From Nemertoderma westbladi (taxonomy: Eukaryota; Animalia; Xenacoelomorpha): 64,000 nucleotides of DNA. This document shows, piece after piece, positions 49,401 to 61,842 of the stretch; position 1 is the stretch's first letter, and every line of letters starts with the position of its first letter. The stretch is from the NCBI GenBank assembly GCA_032718475.1, contig JAUCBJ010005892.1:7562-71561 (forward strand). Direction: 5' to 3'. The notes beneath the pieces were generated by a model. It was not told the DNA's origin. It was given only the letters and a program-made list of their open reading frames with translations, and made no database searches. The position numbers and the translations under genes are program-made.

Positions 49401-52400
49401 TTCATAGTGAATCAAAGCGGCGTTAATTGGTGAAACCAGAGACTATTCATAGTGAATCAAAGCGGCGTTGGTTGGTGAAACCAGAGACTATTCATAGTGA
49501 ATCAAAGCGGCGTTAATTGGTGAAACCAGAGACTATTCATAGTGAATCAAAGCGGCGTTGGTTGGTGAAACCAGAGACTATTCATAGTGAATCAAAGCGG
49601 CGTTGGTTGGTGAAACCAGAGACTATTCATAGTGAATCAAAGCGGCGTTGGTTGCTGAAACCAGAGACTATTCATAGTGAATCAAAGCGGCGTTGGTTGG
49701 CTGAAACCAGAGACTATTCATAGTGAATCAAAGCGGCGTTGGTTGGTGAAACCAGAGACTATTCATAGTGAATCAAAGCGGCGTTGGTTGGTGAAACCAG
49801 AGACTATTCATAGTGAATCAAAGCGGCGTTAATTGGTGAAACCAGAGACTATTCATAGTGAATCAAAGCGGCGTTGGTTGGTGAAACCAGAGACTATTCA
49901 TAGTGAATCAAAGCGGCGTTAATTGGTGAAACCAGAGACTATTCATAGTGAATCAAAGCGGCGTTAATTGGTGAAACCAGAGACTATTCATAGTGAATCA
50001 AAGCGGCGTTGGTTGCTGAAACCAGAGACTATTCATAGTGAATCAAAGCGGCGTTAATTGGTGAAACCAGAGACTATTCATAGTGAATCAAAGCGGCGTT
50101 GGTTGGTGAAACCAGAGACTATTCATAGTGAATCAAAGCGGCGTTAATTGGTGAAACCAGAGACTATTCATAGTGAATCAAAGCGGCGTTAATTGGTGAA
50201 ACCAGAGACTATTCATAGTGAATCAAAGCGGCGTTGGTTGGTGAAACCAGAGACTATTCATAGTGAATCAAAGCGGCGTTAATTGGTGAAACCAGAGACT
50301 ATTCATAGTGAATCAAAGCGGCGTTGGTTGGTGAAACCAGAGACTATTCATAGTGAATCAAAGCGGCGTTAATTGGTGAAACCAGAGACTATTCATAGTG
50401 AATCAAAGCGGCGTTAATTGGTGAAACCAGAGACTATTCATAGTGAATCAAAGCGGCGTTAATTGGTGAAACCAGAGACTATTCATAGTGAATCAAAGCG
50501 GCGTTAATTGGTGAAACCAGAGACTATTCATAGTGAATCAAAGCGGCGTTGGTTGGTGAAACCAGAGACTATTCATAGTGAATCAAAGCGGCGTTAATTG
50601 GTGAAACCAGAGACTATTCATAGTGAATCAAAGCGGCGTTAATTGGTGAAACCAGAGACTATTCATAGTGAATCAAAGCGGCGTTAATTGGTGAAACCAG
50701 AGACTATTCATAGTGAATCAAAGCGGCGTTAATTGGTGAAACCAGAGACTATTCATAGTGAATCAAAGCGGCGTTGGTTGGTGAAACCAGAGACTATTCA
50801 TAGTGAATCAAAGCGGCGTTGGTTGGTGAAACCAGAGACTATTCATAGTGAATCAAAGCGGCGTTGGTTGCTGAAACCAGAGACTATTCATAGTGAATCA
50901 AAGCGGCGTTAATTGGTGAAACCAGAGACTATTCATAGTGAATCAAAGCGGCGTTGGTTGGTGAAACCAGAGACTATTCATAGTGAATCAAAGCGGCGTT
51001 GGTTGGTGAAACCAGAGACTATTCATAGTGAATAAAAGCGGCGTTAATTGGTGAAACCAGAGACTATTCATAGTGAATCAAAGCGGCGTTGGTTGGTGAA
51101 ACCAGAGACTATTCATAGTGAATCAAAGCGGCGTTGGTTGGTGAAACCAGAGACTATTCATAGTGAATCAAAGCGGCGTTGGTTGGTGAAACCAGAGACT
51201 ATTCATAGTGAATCAAAGCGGCGTTGGTACGTGAAACCAGAGACTATTCATAGTGAATCAAAGCGGCGTTGGTTGGTGAAACCAGAGACTATTCATAGTG
51301 AATCAAAGCGGCGTTGGTACGTGAAACCAGAGACTATTCATAGTGAATCAAAGCGGCGTTGGTTGCTGAAACCAGAGACTATTCATAGTGAATCAAAGCG
51401 GCGTTGGTTGCTGAAACCAGAGACTATTCATAGTGAATCAAAGCGGCGTTGGTTGCTGAAACCAGAGACTATTCATAGTGAATCAAAGCGGCGTTGGTTG
51501 CTGAAACCAGAGACTTTTCATAGTGAATCAAAGCGGCGTTGGTTGGTGAAACCAGAGACTATTCATAGTGAATCAAAGCGGCGTTGGTTGGTGAAACCAG
51601 AGACTATTCATAGTGAATCAAAGCGGCGTTGGTTGGTGAAACCAGAGACTATTCATAGTGAATCAAAGCGGCCTTGGTTGGTGAAACCAGAGACTATTCA
51701 TAGTGAATCAAAGCGGCGTTGGTTGGTGAAACCAGAGACTATTCATAGTGAATCAAAGCGGCGTTGGTTGGTGAAACCAGAGACTATTCATAGTGAATCA
51801 AAGCGGCGTTGGTTGGTGAAACCAGAGACTATTCATAGTGAATCAAAGCGGCGTTGGTTGGTGAAACCAGAGACTATTCATAGTGAATCAAAGCGGCGTT
51901 AATTGGTGAAACCAGAGACTATTCATAGTGAATCAAAGCGGCGTTAATTGGTGAAACCAGAGACTATTCATAGTGAATCAAAGCGGCGTTAATTGGTGAA
52001 ACCAGAGACTATTCATAGTGAATCAAAGCGGCGTTGGTTGGTGAAACCAGAGACTATTCATAGTGAATCAAAGCGGCGTTGGTTGGTGAAACCAGAGACT
52101 ATTCATAGTGAATCAAAGCGGCGTTGGTACGTGAAACCAGAGACTATTCATAGTGAATCAAAGCGGCGTTGGTTGCTGAAACCAGAGACTATTCATAGTG
52201 AATCAAAGCGGCGTTGGTTGGTGAAACCAGAGACTATTCATAGTGAATCAAAGCGGCGTTGGTTGGTGAAACCAGAGACTATTCATAGTGAATCAAAGCG
52301 GCGTTGGTTGGTGAAACCAGAGACTATTCATAGTGAATCAAAGCGGCGTTGGTTGGTGAAACCAGAGACTATTCATAGTGAATCAAAGCGGCGTTGGTTG

Positions 52401-55400
52401 GTGAAACCAGAGACTATTCATAGTGAATCAAAGCGGCGTTAATTGGTGAAACCAGAGACTATTCATAGTGAATCAAAGCGGCGTTAATTGGTGAAACCAG
52501 AGACTATTCATAGTGAATCAAAGCGGCGTTAATTGGTGAAACCAGAGACTATTCATAGTGAATCAAAGCGGCGTTGGTTGGTGAAACCAGAGACTATTCA
52601 TAGTGAATCAAAGCGGCGTTGGTTGGTGAAACCAGAGACTATTCATAGTGAATCAAAGCGGCGTTGGTACGTGAAACCAGAGACTATTCATAGTGAATCA
52701 AAGCGGCGTTGGTTGCTGAAACCAGAGACTATTCATAGTGAATCAAAGCGGCGTTGGTTGGTGAAACCAGAGACTATTCATAGTGAATCAAAGCGGCGTT
52801 GGTTGGTGAAACCAGAGACTATTCATAGTGAATCAAAGCGGCGTTGGTACGTGAAACCAGAGACTATTCATAGTGAATCAAAGCGGCGTTGGTTGCTGAA
52901 ACCAGAGACTATTCATAGTGAATCAAAGCGGCGTTGGTTGGTGAAACCAGAGACTATTCATAGTGAATCAAAGCGGCGTTGGTTGGTGAAACCAGAGACT
53001 ATTCATAGTGAATCAAAGCGGCGTTGGTTGGTGAAACCAGAGACTATTCATAGTGAATCAAAGCGGCGTTGGTACGTGAAACCAGAGACTATTCATAGTG
53101 AATCAAAGCGGCGTTGGTTGCTGAAACCAGAGACTATTCATAGTGAATCAAAGCGGCGTTGGTTGGTGAAACCAGAGACTATTCATAGTGAATCAAAGCG
53201 GCGTTGGTACGTGAAACCAGAGACTATTCATAGTGAATCAAAGCGGCGTTGGTTGCTGAAACCAGAGACTATTCATAGTGAATCAAAGCGGCGTTAATTG
53301 GTGAAACCAGAGACTATTCATAGTGAATCAAAGCGGCGTTGGTTGGTGAAACCAGAGACTATTCATAGTGAATCAAAGCGGCGTTGGTTGGTGAAACCAG
53401 AGACTATTCATAGTGAATCAAAGCGGCGTTGGTACGTGAAACCAGAGACTATTCATAGTGAATCAAAGCGGCGTTGGTTGCTGAAACCAGAGACTATTCA
53501 TAGTGAATCAAAGCGGCGTTGGTACGTGAAACCAGAGACTATTCATAGTGAATCAAAGCGGCGTTGGTACGTGAAACCAGAGACTATTCATAGTGAATCA
53601 AAGCGGCGTTGGTTGGTGAAACCAGAGACTATTTATAGTGAATCAAAGCGGCGTTGGTTGGTGAAACCAGAGACTATTCATAGTGAATCAAAGCGGCGTT
53701 GGTACGTGAAACCAGAGACTATTCATAGTGAATCAAAGCGGCGTTGGTACGTGAAACCAGAGACTATTCATAGTGAATCAAAGCGGCGTTGGTTGGTGAA
53801 ACCAGAGACTATTCATAGTGAATCAAAGCGGCGTTGGTACGTGAAACCAGAGACTATTCATAGTGAATCAAAGCGGCGTTGGTTGCTGAAACCAGAGACT
53901 ATTCATAGTGAATCAAAGCGGCGTTAATTGGTGAAACCAGAGACTATTCATAGTGAATCAAAGCGGCGTTAATTGGTGAAACCAGAGACTATTCATAGTG
54001 AATCAAAGCGGCGTTAATTGGTGAAACCAGAGACTATTCATAGTGAATCAAAGCGGCGTTGGTTGGTGAAACCAGAGACTATTCATAGTGAATCAAAGCG
54101 GCGTTGGTTGGTGAAACCAGAGACTATTCATAGTGAATCAAAGCGGCGTTGGTACGTGAAACCAGAGACTTTTCATAGTGAATCAAAGCGGCGTTGGTAC
54201 GTGAAACCAGAGACTATTCATAGTGAATCAAAGCGGCGTTGGTTGGTGAAACCAGAGACTATTCATAGTGAATCAAAGCGGCGTTAATTGGTGAAACCAG
54301 AGACTATTCATAGTGAATCAAAGCGGCGTTAATTGGTGAAACCAGAGACTATTCATAGTGAATCAAAGCGGCGTTGGTTGGTGAAACCAGAGACTATTCA
54401 TAGTGAATCAAAGCGGCGTTAATTGGTGAAACCAGAGACTATTCATAGTGAATCAAAGCGGCGTTAATTGGTGAAACCAGAGACTATTCATAGTGAATCA
54501 AAGCGGCGTTAATTGGTGAAACCAGAGACTATTCATAGTGAATCAAAGCGGCGTTGGTTGGTGAAACCAGAGACTATTCATAGTGAATCAAAGCGGCGTT
54601 GGTTGGTGAAACCAGAGACTATTCATAGTGAATCAAAGCGGCGTTGGTTGGTGAAACCAGAGACTATTCATAGTGAATCAAAGCGGCGTTGGTTGGTGAA
54701 ACCAGAGACTATTCATAGTGAATCAAAGCGGCGTTGGTTGGTGAAACCAGAGACTATTCATAGTGAATCAAAGCGGCGTTAATTGGTGAAACCAGAGACT
54801 ATTCATAGTGAATCAAAGCGGCGTTAATTGGTGAAACCAGAGACTATTCATAGTGAATCAAAGCGGCGTTGGTTGGTGAAACCAGAGACTATTCATAGTG
54901 AATCAAAGCGGCGTTAATTGGTGAAACCAGAGACTATTCATAGTGAATCAAAGCGGCGTTAATTGGTGAAACCAGAGACTATTCATAGTGAATCAAAGCG
55001 GCGTTGGTTGGTGAAACCAGAGACTATTCATAGTGAATCAAAGCGGCGTTGGTTGGTGAAACCAGAGACTATTCATAGTGAATCAAAGCGGCGTTGGTAC
55101 GTGAAACCAGAGACTATTCATAGTGAATCAAAGCGGCGTTAATTGGTGAAACCAGAGACTATTCATAGTGAATCAAAGCGGCGTTAATTGGTGAAACCAG
55201 AGACTATTCATAGTGAATCAAAGCGGCGTTAATTGGTGAAACCAGAGACTATTCATAGTGAATCAAAGCGGCGTTGGTTGGTGAAACCAGAGACTATTCA
55301 TAGTGAATCAAAGCGGCGTTAATTGGTGAAACCAGAGACTATTCATAGTGAATCAAAGCGGCGTTAATTGGTGAAACCAGAGACTATTCATAGTGAATCA

Positions 55401-57690
55401 AAGCGGCGTTAATTGGTGAAACCAGAGACTATTCATAGTGAATCAAAGCGGCGTTAATTGGTGAAACCAGAGACTATTCATAGTGAATCAAAGCGGCGTT
55501 GGTTGGTGAAACCAGAGACTATTCATAGTGAATCAAAGCGGCGTTAATTGGTGAAACCAGAGACTATTCATAGTGAATCAAAGCGGCGTTAATTGGTGAA
55601 ACCAGAGACTATTCATAGTGAATCAAAGCGGCGTTGGTTGGTGAAACCAGAGACTATTCATAGTGAATCAAAGCGGCGTTGGTTGGTGAAACCAGAGACT
55701 ATTCATAGTGAATCAAAGCGGCGTTGGTACGTGAAACCAGAGACTATTCATAGTGAATCAAAGCGGCGTTGGTTGCTGAAACCAGAGACTATTCATAGTG
55801 AATCAAAGCGGCGTTGGTTGGTAAAACCAGAGACTTTTCATAGTGAATCAAAGCGGCGTTAATTGGTGAAACCAGAGACTATTCATAGTGAATCAAAGCG
55901 GCGTTAATTGGTGAAACCAGAGACTATTCATAGTGAATCAAAGCGGCGTTGGTACGTGAAACCAGAGACTATTCATAGTGAATCAAAGCGGCGTTGGTTG
56001 GTGAAACCAGAGACTATTCATAGTGAATCAAAGCGGCGTTAATTGGTGAAACCAGAGACTATTCATAGTGAATCAAAGCGGCGTTGGTTGCTGAAACCAG
56101 AGACTATTCATAGTGAATCAAAGCGGCGTTGGTTGCTGAAACCAGAGACTATTCATATTGAATCAAAGCGGCGTTGGTTGGTGGAACCAGAGACTATTCA
56201 TAGTGAATCAAAGCGGCGTTGGTTGGTGAAACCAGAGACTATTCATAGTGAATCAAAGCGGCGTTAATTGGTGAAACCAGAGACTATTCATAGTGAATCA
56301 AAGCGGCGTTGGTTGGTGAAACCAGAGACTATTCATAGTGAATCAAAGCGGCGTTAATTGGTGAAACCAGAGACTATTCATAGTGAATCAAAGCGGCGTT
56401 GGTTGGTGAAACCAGAGACTATTCATAGTGAATCAAAGCGGCGTTGGTTGGTGAAACCAGAGACTATTCATAGTGAATCAAAGCGGCGTTAATTGGTGAA
56501 ACCAGAGACTATTCATATTGAATCAAAGCGGCGTTGGTTGGTGGAACCAGAGACTATTCATAGTGAATCAAAGCGGCGTTGGTTGGTGAAACCAGAGACT
56601 ATTCATAGTGAATCAAAGCGGCGTTAATTGGTGAAACCAGAGACTATTCATAGTGAATCAAAGCGGCGTTGGTTGGTGAAACCAGAGACTATTCATAGTG
56701 AATCAAAGCGGCGTTGGTTGCTGAAACCAGAGACTATTCATAGTGAATCAAAGCGGCGTTGGTTGGTGAAACCAGAGACTATTCATAGTGAATCAAAGCG
56801 GCGTTGGTTGGTGAAACCAGAGACTATTCATAGTGAATCAAAGCGGCGTTAATTGGTGAAACCAGAGACTATTCATATTGAATCAAAGCGGCGTTGGTTG
56901 GTGGAACCAGAGACTATTCATAGTGAATCAAAGCGGCGTTGGTTGGTGAAACCAGAGACTATTCATAGTGAATCAAAGCGGCGTTAATTGGTGAAACCAG
57001 AGACTATTCATAGTGAATCAAAGCGGCGTTGGTTGGTGAAACCAGAGACTATTCATAGTGAATCAAAGCGGCGTTAATTGGTGAAACCAGAGACTATTCA
57101 TAGTGAATCAAAGCGGCGTTGGTTGGTGAAACCAGAGACTATTCATAGTGAATCAAAGCGGCGTTGGTTGGTGAAACCAGAGACTATTCATAGTGAATCA
57201 AAGCGGCGTTAATTGGTGAAACCAGAGACTATTCATAGTGAATCAAAGCGGCGTTGGTTGGTGAAACCAGAGACTATTCATAGTGAATCAAAGCGGCGTT
57301 GGTTGGTGAAACCAGAGACTATTCATAGTGAATCAAAGCGGCGTTGGTTGGTGAAACCAGAGACTATTCATAGTGAATCAAAGCGGCGTTGGTTGGTGAA
57401 ACCAGAGACTATTCATAGTGAATCAAAGCGGCGTTGGTTGGTGAAACCAGAGACTATTCATAGTGAATCAAAGCGGCGTTGGTTGCTGAAACCAGAGACT
57501 ATTCATAGTGAATCAAAGCGGCGTTGGTTGCTGAAACCAGAGACTATTCATAGTGAATCAAAGCGGCGTTAATTGGTGAAACCAGAGACTATTCATAGTG
57601 AATCAAAGCGGCGTTAATTGGTGAAACCAGAGACTATTTATAGTGAATCAAAGCAGCGTTGGTTGCTGAAACCAGAGACTATTCATAGTG
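43444..57690. repeat. 45-bp satellite, right block, ~317 copies
   Basis: Same unit and orientation as the left block. Only two 1-bp indels were noticed (~44611, ~49700). Confidence 0.99.
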
Positions 57691-59734
57691 TATAGATTTT
57701 CATTCTTGCCGTACTCCTCTATCAAGTTTTCATTCACGATATCTGCTTGATTCCGCATTGCGGCTACAAACAACTACCGGTACCGATAATAACTATAAAT
57801 TTACCAATAGGCAGTAGGAATTGAACTAAAAAGGTTGGTGCGTTTCTATAAAATTTGCTCCAGAGTCAATTCTGAGTGCGTCGATACACTCAGCTCAGTA
57901 CATTAAAGCACCAAGATCGGTGCGTCAACGCACCGAGCTGAGTGTACACGCACTTAGCTTGGTGCGAAACACCAAGCTTGGTGTGTTGACGCACCAAGCT
58001 GGGTGCGTTAATGCGAACCGGGGTTTACCAATTGCTTTACACGGATTTACACGGAATGACAAACAAACATAAGATTGAGTTTCAGTCACAAGCGAATCCA
58101 ACCAAACTATGCCCCCTACTGGCCCCCGAGAGATGTATTGTTACGAATGTGGTTTATTTTTAACGAACTTAACATAAACGATGATAAAACCTAGTCCTCA
58201 TGTAAGTATTAAATATTCTTTCTATATTACTCCAAGTCTCAAAAAATTGCATTGAATACCATTGCAGAAACGAATTGAGTTTAAATTCCTTATCCTTGTC
58301 CGGAAGTCGTCCGAAACTCGTCGAACCTTGTCAGAAATTCCACCTTAGGTAACGGACCACATTCCATATCTGATATACATCAACGTGTTAAAAAAATGAA
58401 ATAATTTAAAAATTGAACTTTAGTTCAAAGCCGGAATTTTCGATTTGCCTTTAAATTGTTTTTATAAGTGTTTTAAAACTGTGTCTTTTGCGATATTTCG
58501 TGTGTTATATTAAACCAAGATCCTGAAAGTGTCACAAATCACAATCATGTTGATTGAAATCTGAAACACAACTAGTTCAACTCACCCTGACTCCATAGAG
58601 CCGGAATAGGTGGAATCCACCGGGTGGGTACCGCTCCGATGTTTAACTGGTATCATTTTGCTCTGTGAAATTGTCCTAGTTTGTATGTTACCGTACACAT
58701 ACTGGATTTATCCGTTTGGCGTTGGGGATTACTTCAAAATGTAATGAAAACACATGATTATAATTATATATTGTGGGTGGGTCCCACCCTATGGTCTAAG
58801 TCGCATACCTCGTCACTCCCACCACAACAAAAGTAACATTCAACTTATTTACTTTAATTAAGGCGAATTATCTTAATGATTTCAGTACAGTTTGCGTTGC
58901 GGCGGCGTTTCATAATCTTCAATGTGAATTACTGTATCTTATTTTACAAGAAAAGTTTATGTTAATTTCTATGATCCCTATTATACACAATACACATACT
59001 GTAGGCGGGTCTTGGCCACTGTGTTTGGTTTATTTTATTTATAATACAACTAACAGTAAAACAATCCGAATTCTTTATATGGGGAAGAAGATGAGCGTAC
59101 TGAGAGGAATGAATGGTTATATTTTACGCCATCTGCTAAATCATCACAAAATGACGTCATTTCGCATTTCTTTAGTGAAGCAATTCAGTACAGCCTTGGG
59201 TTATTGGGTGTTGAGCAGTTGTGATCCATTGACGCACAACAGATTGTTGGTGAATAACTAGAAATAATATACTTCAACTAACTAACAGAATATCAAATCA
59301 ATTTCAATAATTATTTATTTTCAATATCAATAAAAGTTGATAAAAGAACCTTAATTACAGTTACTATTCACTGTAGTTTTGTAGTAGTAGCAGTAGCTTG
59401 TTGTAGTTGTACTTGTAGTAGTTTAGTAAACTACCATTTTTGTATTAACATGTTAATACAAACATTTTAGCTGATTGTCATTTTAGTTTTAATAATATTT
59501 TTTTATTAATATGGCGCCATTTACATGTAGCATACGACGTTTCGTAATATTCCCCGTTTAATTGTTAAGTTTTAACATGTTGTTAAAGAAGGCAGAGTAG
59601 CTCAGTTGGTTGAGCGCTGGGCCTGCAATCTATTGGTTGTAGGTTCAGCCCCGCCAGGGTCCACTCAGCCTTTCATCCACTGGGGTCAATAAATTGAGTA
59701 CCAGTTAAATTACTGTGAGCCAAACAAGGGATAT

Positions 59735-61396
59735 GAGTAGCGCCCACGCCTACCCTCGGGTATAGCAGATAGGAGTAGCGCCCTCCCCTACCTTCGGGTA
59801 TAGCAGATAGGAGTAGAACCCACCCATACCCTCGGGTAGCAGATAGGAGTAGCGCCCACCCCTACCTAAGGGTAGCAGATAGGAGTAGCGCCCACGCCTA
59901 CCTAAGGGTAGCAGATAGGAGTAGAACCCACCCATACCCTCGGGTAGCAGATAGGAGTAGAACCCACCCATACCCTCGGGTAGCAGATAGGAGTAGCGCC
60001 CACCCCTACCTTCGGTTACCAGATAGGAGTAGCGCCCACCTCTACTTTCGGGTTGCAGGTAGGAGTAGCGCCCACCCCTACCTTCGGGTAGCAGATAGGA
60101 GTAGCGCCCACCCCTCCCTAGACTAGCGACTTTACGAATCTGCCAAGATATATACGGATCATGCTATGTGCTTGATTCATCTGCACTGATCATAATACAT
60201 TTTAAATCTGCTACGATCATAGAATGATCATACAAAATCTTTTAAGAATTTACATATACAAAATATTGAAAAAATATTTATTTATTGACTGTATGGTTGC
60301 AATTTGTTAAATATCAAAACCATTTTTACATTAAACATTATAATTATTGTCTTGGAAAGTAACAACATGGCTATTATATATCCTACGATCAGACTACGAC
60401 CAGGATAAGATCAGGCCAGATAATGAGGCTGCCCAAATTTTAAAACACCAGAGGCAGAGGCCAATGATAATTAATTTTTTGCCGTATTTGACCGACCAGA
60501 GTACTCTCTTTCACAGCGTTTTACATAAGATTACATATCATACGAAGATCTTTTCAGATCTTATCATGATCATATCATGATAATATCAAGTTAGAAATTA
60601 TCAATCAATAATTAATTATAAATTATCATTTAATAGGTATAGAAACAAAGAAATTTATAAATCTACTATCAATATGAATTATCTAATATGGTGGCCAAGT
60701 AGAGTAATTATATTAATTTATATGAATCTAATATAAATTTATTGATATTAATGCAAAGTTAAATTGGCTTATCTTAAAACCAAATTGAAATTTGTTCTGC
60801 TTAAATATAATACCATTACCACACAATAGATATACAGATAGGGACAATAGGAAATGTTAGGCAGTTAGGTGTGTAGGTGTTAGTTGTACAGTAGGAATAT
60901 GTAGGTAAGATGTGTTAGGTTAGTTCTATATCCCCCACTGCCCTATCCCCATAGTAACAATCCACAGTGCAAACAGAATAATGCTTCAAATTTTGCTTAA
61001 TTATTGATTGAGAACTATTAAGATCTTTGCAGAACTTTGTTATATATCATTAATTCTGCAAAGATCTACACTGATCTTACTAAAACTCCAGAGATTAGCC
61101 GTGGTCTTACCAATCCTGCAAAGATCTGCACTGATCGTTACCAACCCTGCTAAGATCATAGAGCAAAGGTGCCAAGATCTTACCAAGACATATAAAGATC
61201 TTATGCTAAGATCAGTGCAGATTGGTGATGTTGTAAGTCTAGGGCTACCTTCGGGTAGCAGATAGGAGTAGCGCCCACCCATACCTTCGGGTAGCAGATA
61301 GGAGTAGCGCCCACCCATACCCTCGGGTACCAGAAAGGAGTAGCGCCCACCCCTACCTTAGGGTAGCAGATAGGAATAGCGCCCACCCCTACCCTC
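59735..61396. repeat. 36-bp minisatellite (ggagtagcgcccacccctaccttcgggtagcagata), split into 59735-60115 and 61245-61396
   Basis: Directly visible tandem units on both sides of the insertion. Confidence 0.95.
60116..61244. mobile_element. Non-autonomous TIR transposon (CCCTAGACT..AGTCTAGGG), 2-bp TSD CT, CMC/EnSpm-like
   Basis: 9-bp perfect TIR (12/15 extended). The TSD is deduced from the interrupted unit cacccCT|..|CTaccttcgg. Numerous aagatc/gatctt subterminal motifs. Confidence 0.85.
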
Positions 61397-61842
61397 TGTT
61401 TGCAGCTATCGAAAGAGGAGCCTTCGGGTCGCCTCCGGCCGCTTGTGTCCTAGTGGTGTCTCCCACTCAGAGAATATAATTAATAACCGCGCTCATTTTC
61501 CTTCAGCTAATTAATAATATTATTAATATATTTATTTATAAGGTGCCAAACTTTTACAGACTTACGATGTTTCTTTATCGAAGTGTTTAGGTTTGTAGTG
61601 TATTTTGTAGACCTAGGCTACTTATTTATTCACAGGCGAATTATATGTAGCTTCGAGGAGTTTAACCTTGACGTACAGATGCGTTTGTAAGAAAAATGAA
61701 AAAGCAACAGCTCAGCTTGCTCCTTTCATGTCATTATTTATTTGACATTATTTAGTAGTTGTCGCAATTGTCAACGGTGGCTGGTGTAATGGGACTACCC
61801 GACTAGCCACCGACTACTTGATTAACTACCTATTTTAATTAA

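Larger units (their letters stand above)
24825..58024. mobile_element. PIF/Harbinger-like MITE whose two arms bracket the 45-bp satellite
   Basis: Left end taa-AGCGGGGTTTACATTAACGCACACAGCTTGGTG versus reverse complement of right end taa-ACCCCGGTTCGCATTAACGCACCCAGCTTGGTG. gcaccaagct subterminal motifs occur in both arms. Flanks are TAA and TTA, so not an identical 3-bp TSD. Confidence 0.65.
59591..61485 (+). mobile_element. tRNA-derived SINE with Deu/Nin-like core, expanded by a minisatellite and a transposon insertion
   Basis: A-box tagctcagttgg and B-box-like ggttcagcccc. Core gtccactcagcctttcatcc..ggggtcaataaattgagtaccag, recognised from memory as Deu/Nin-domain-like. The body resumes after ~61395 (gcagctatcgaaagaggagccttcgggtcgcc). 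3' boundary approximate. Confidence 0.75.

Noticed and set aside
25351-57572. VKPETIHSESKRRWL repeat ORFs as proteins
   Set aside because: They are satellite read-through. Starts are TTG, ends are set by the AA variant creating TAA, and synonymous variation is almost absent.
25200-57690. CRISPR array
   Set aside because: There are no unique spacers and no cas genes, and the context is eukaryotic.
58030-59590. Short ORF 58959..59261 and nearby small palindromes
   Set aside because: AT-rich sequence with no recognisable domain, exon structure or paired termini.
59591-59665. tRNA gene
   Set aside because: The acceptor stem and B box are degenerate and the sequence runs into a SINE core, so it is treated as a SINE head.
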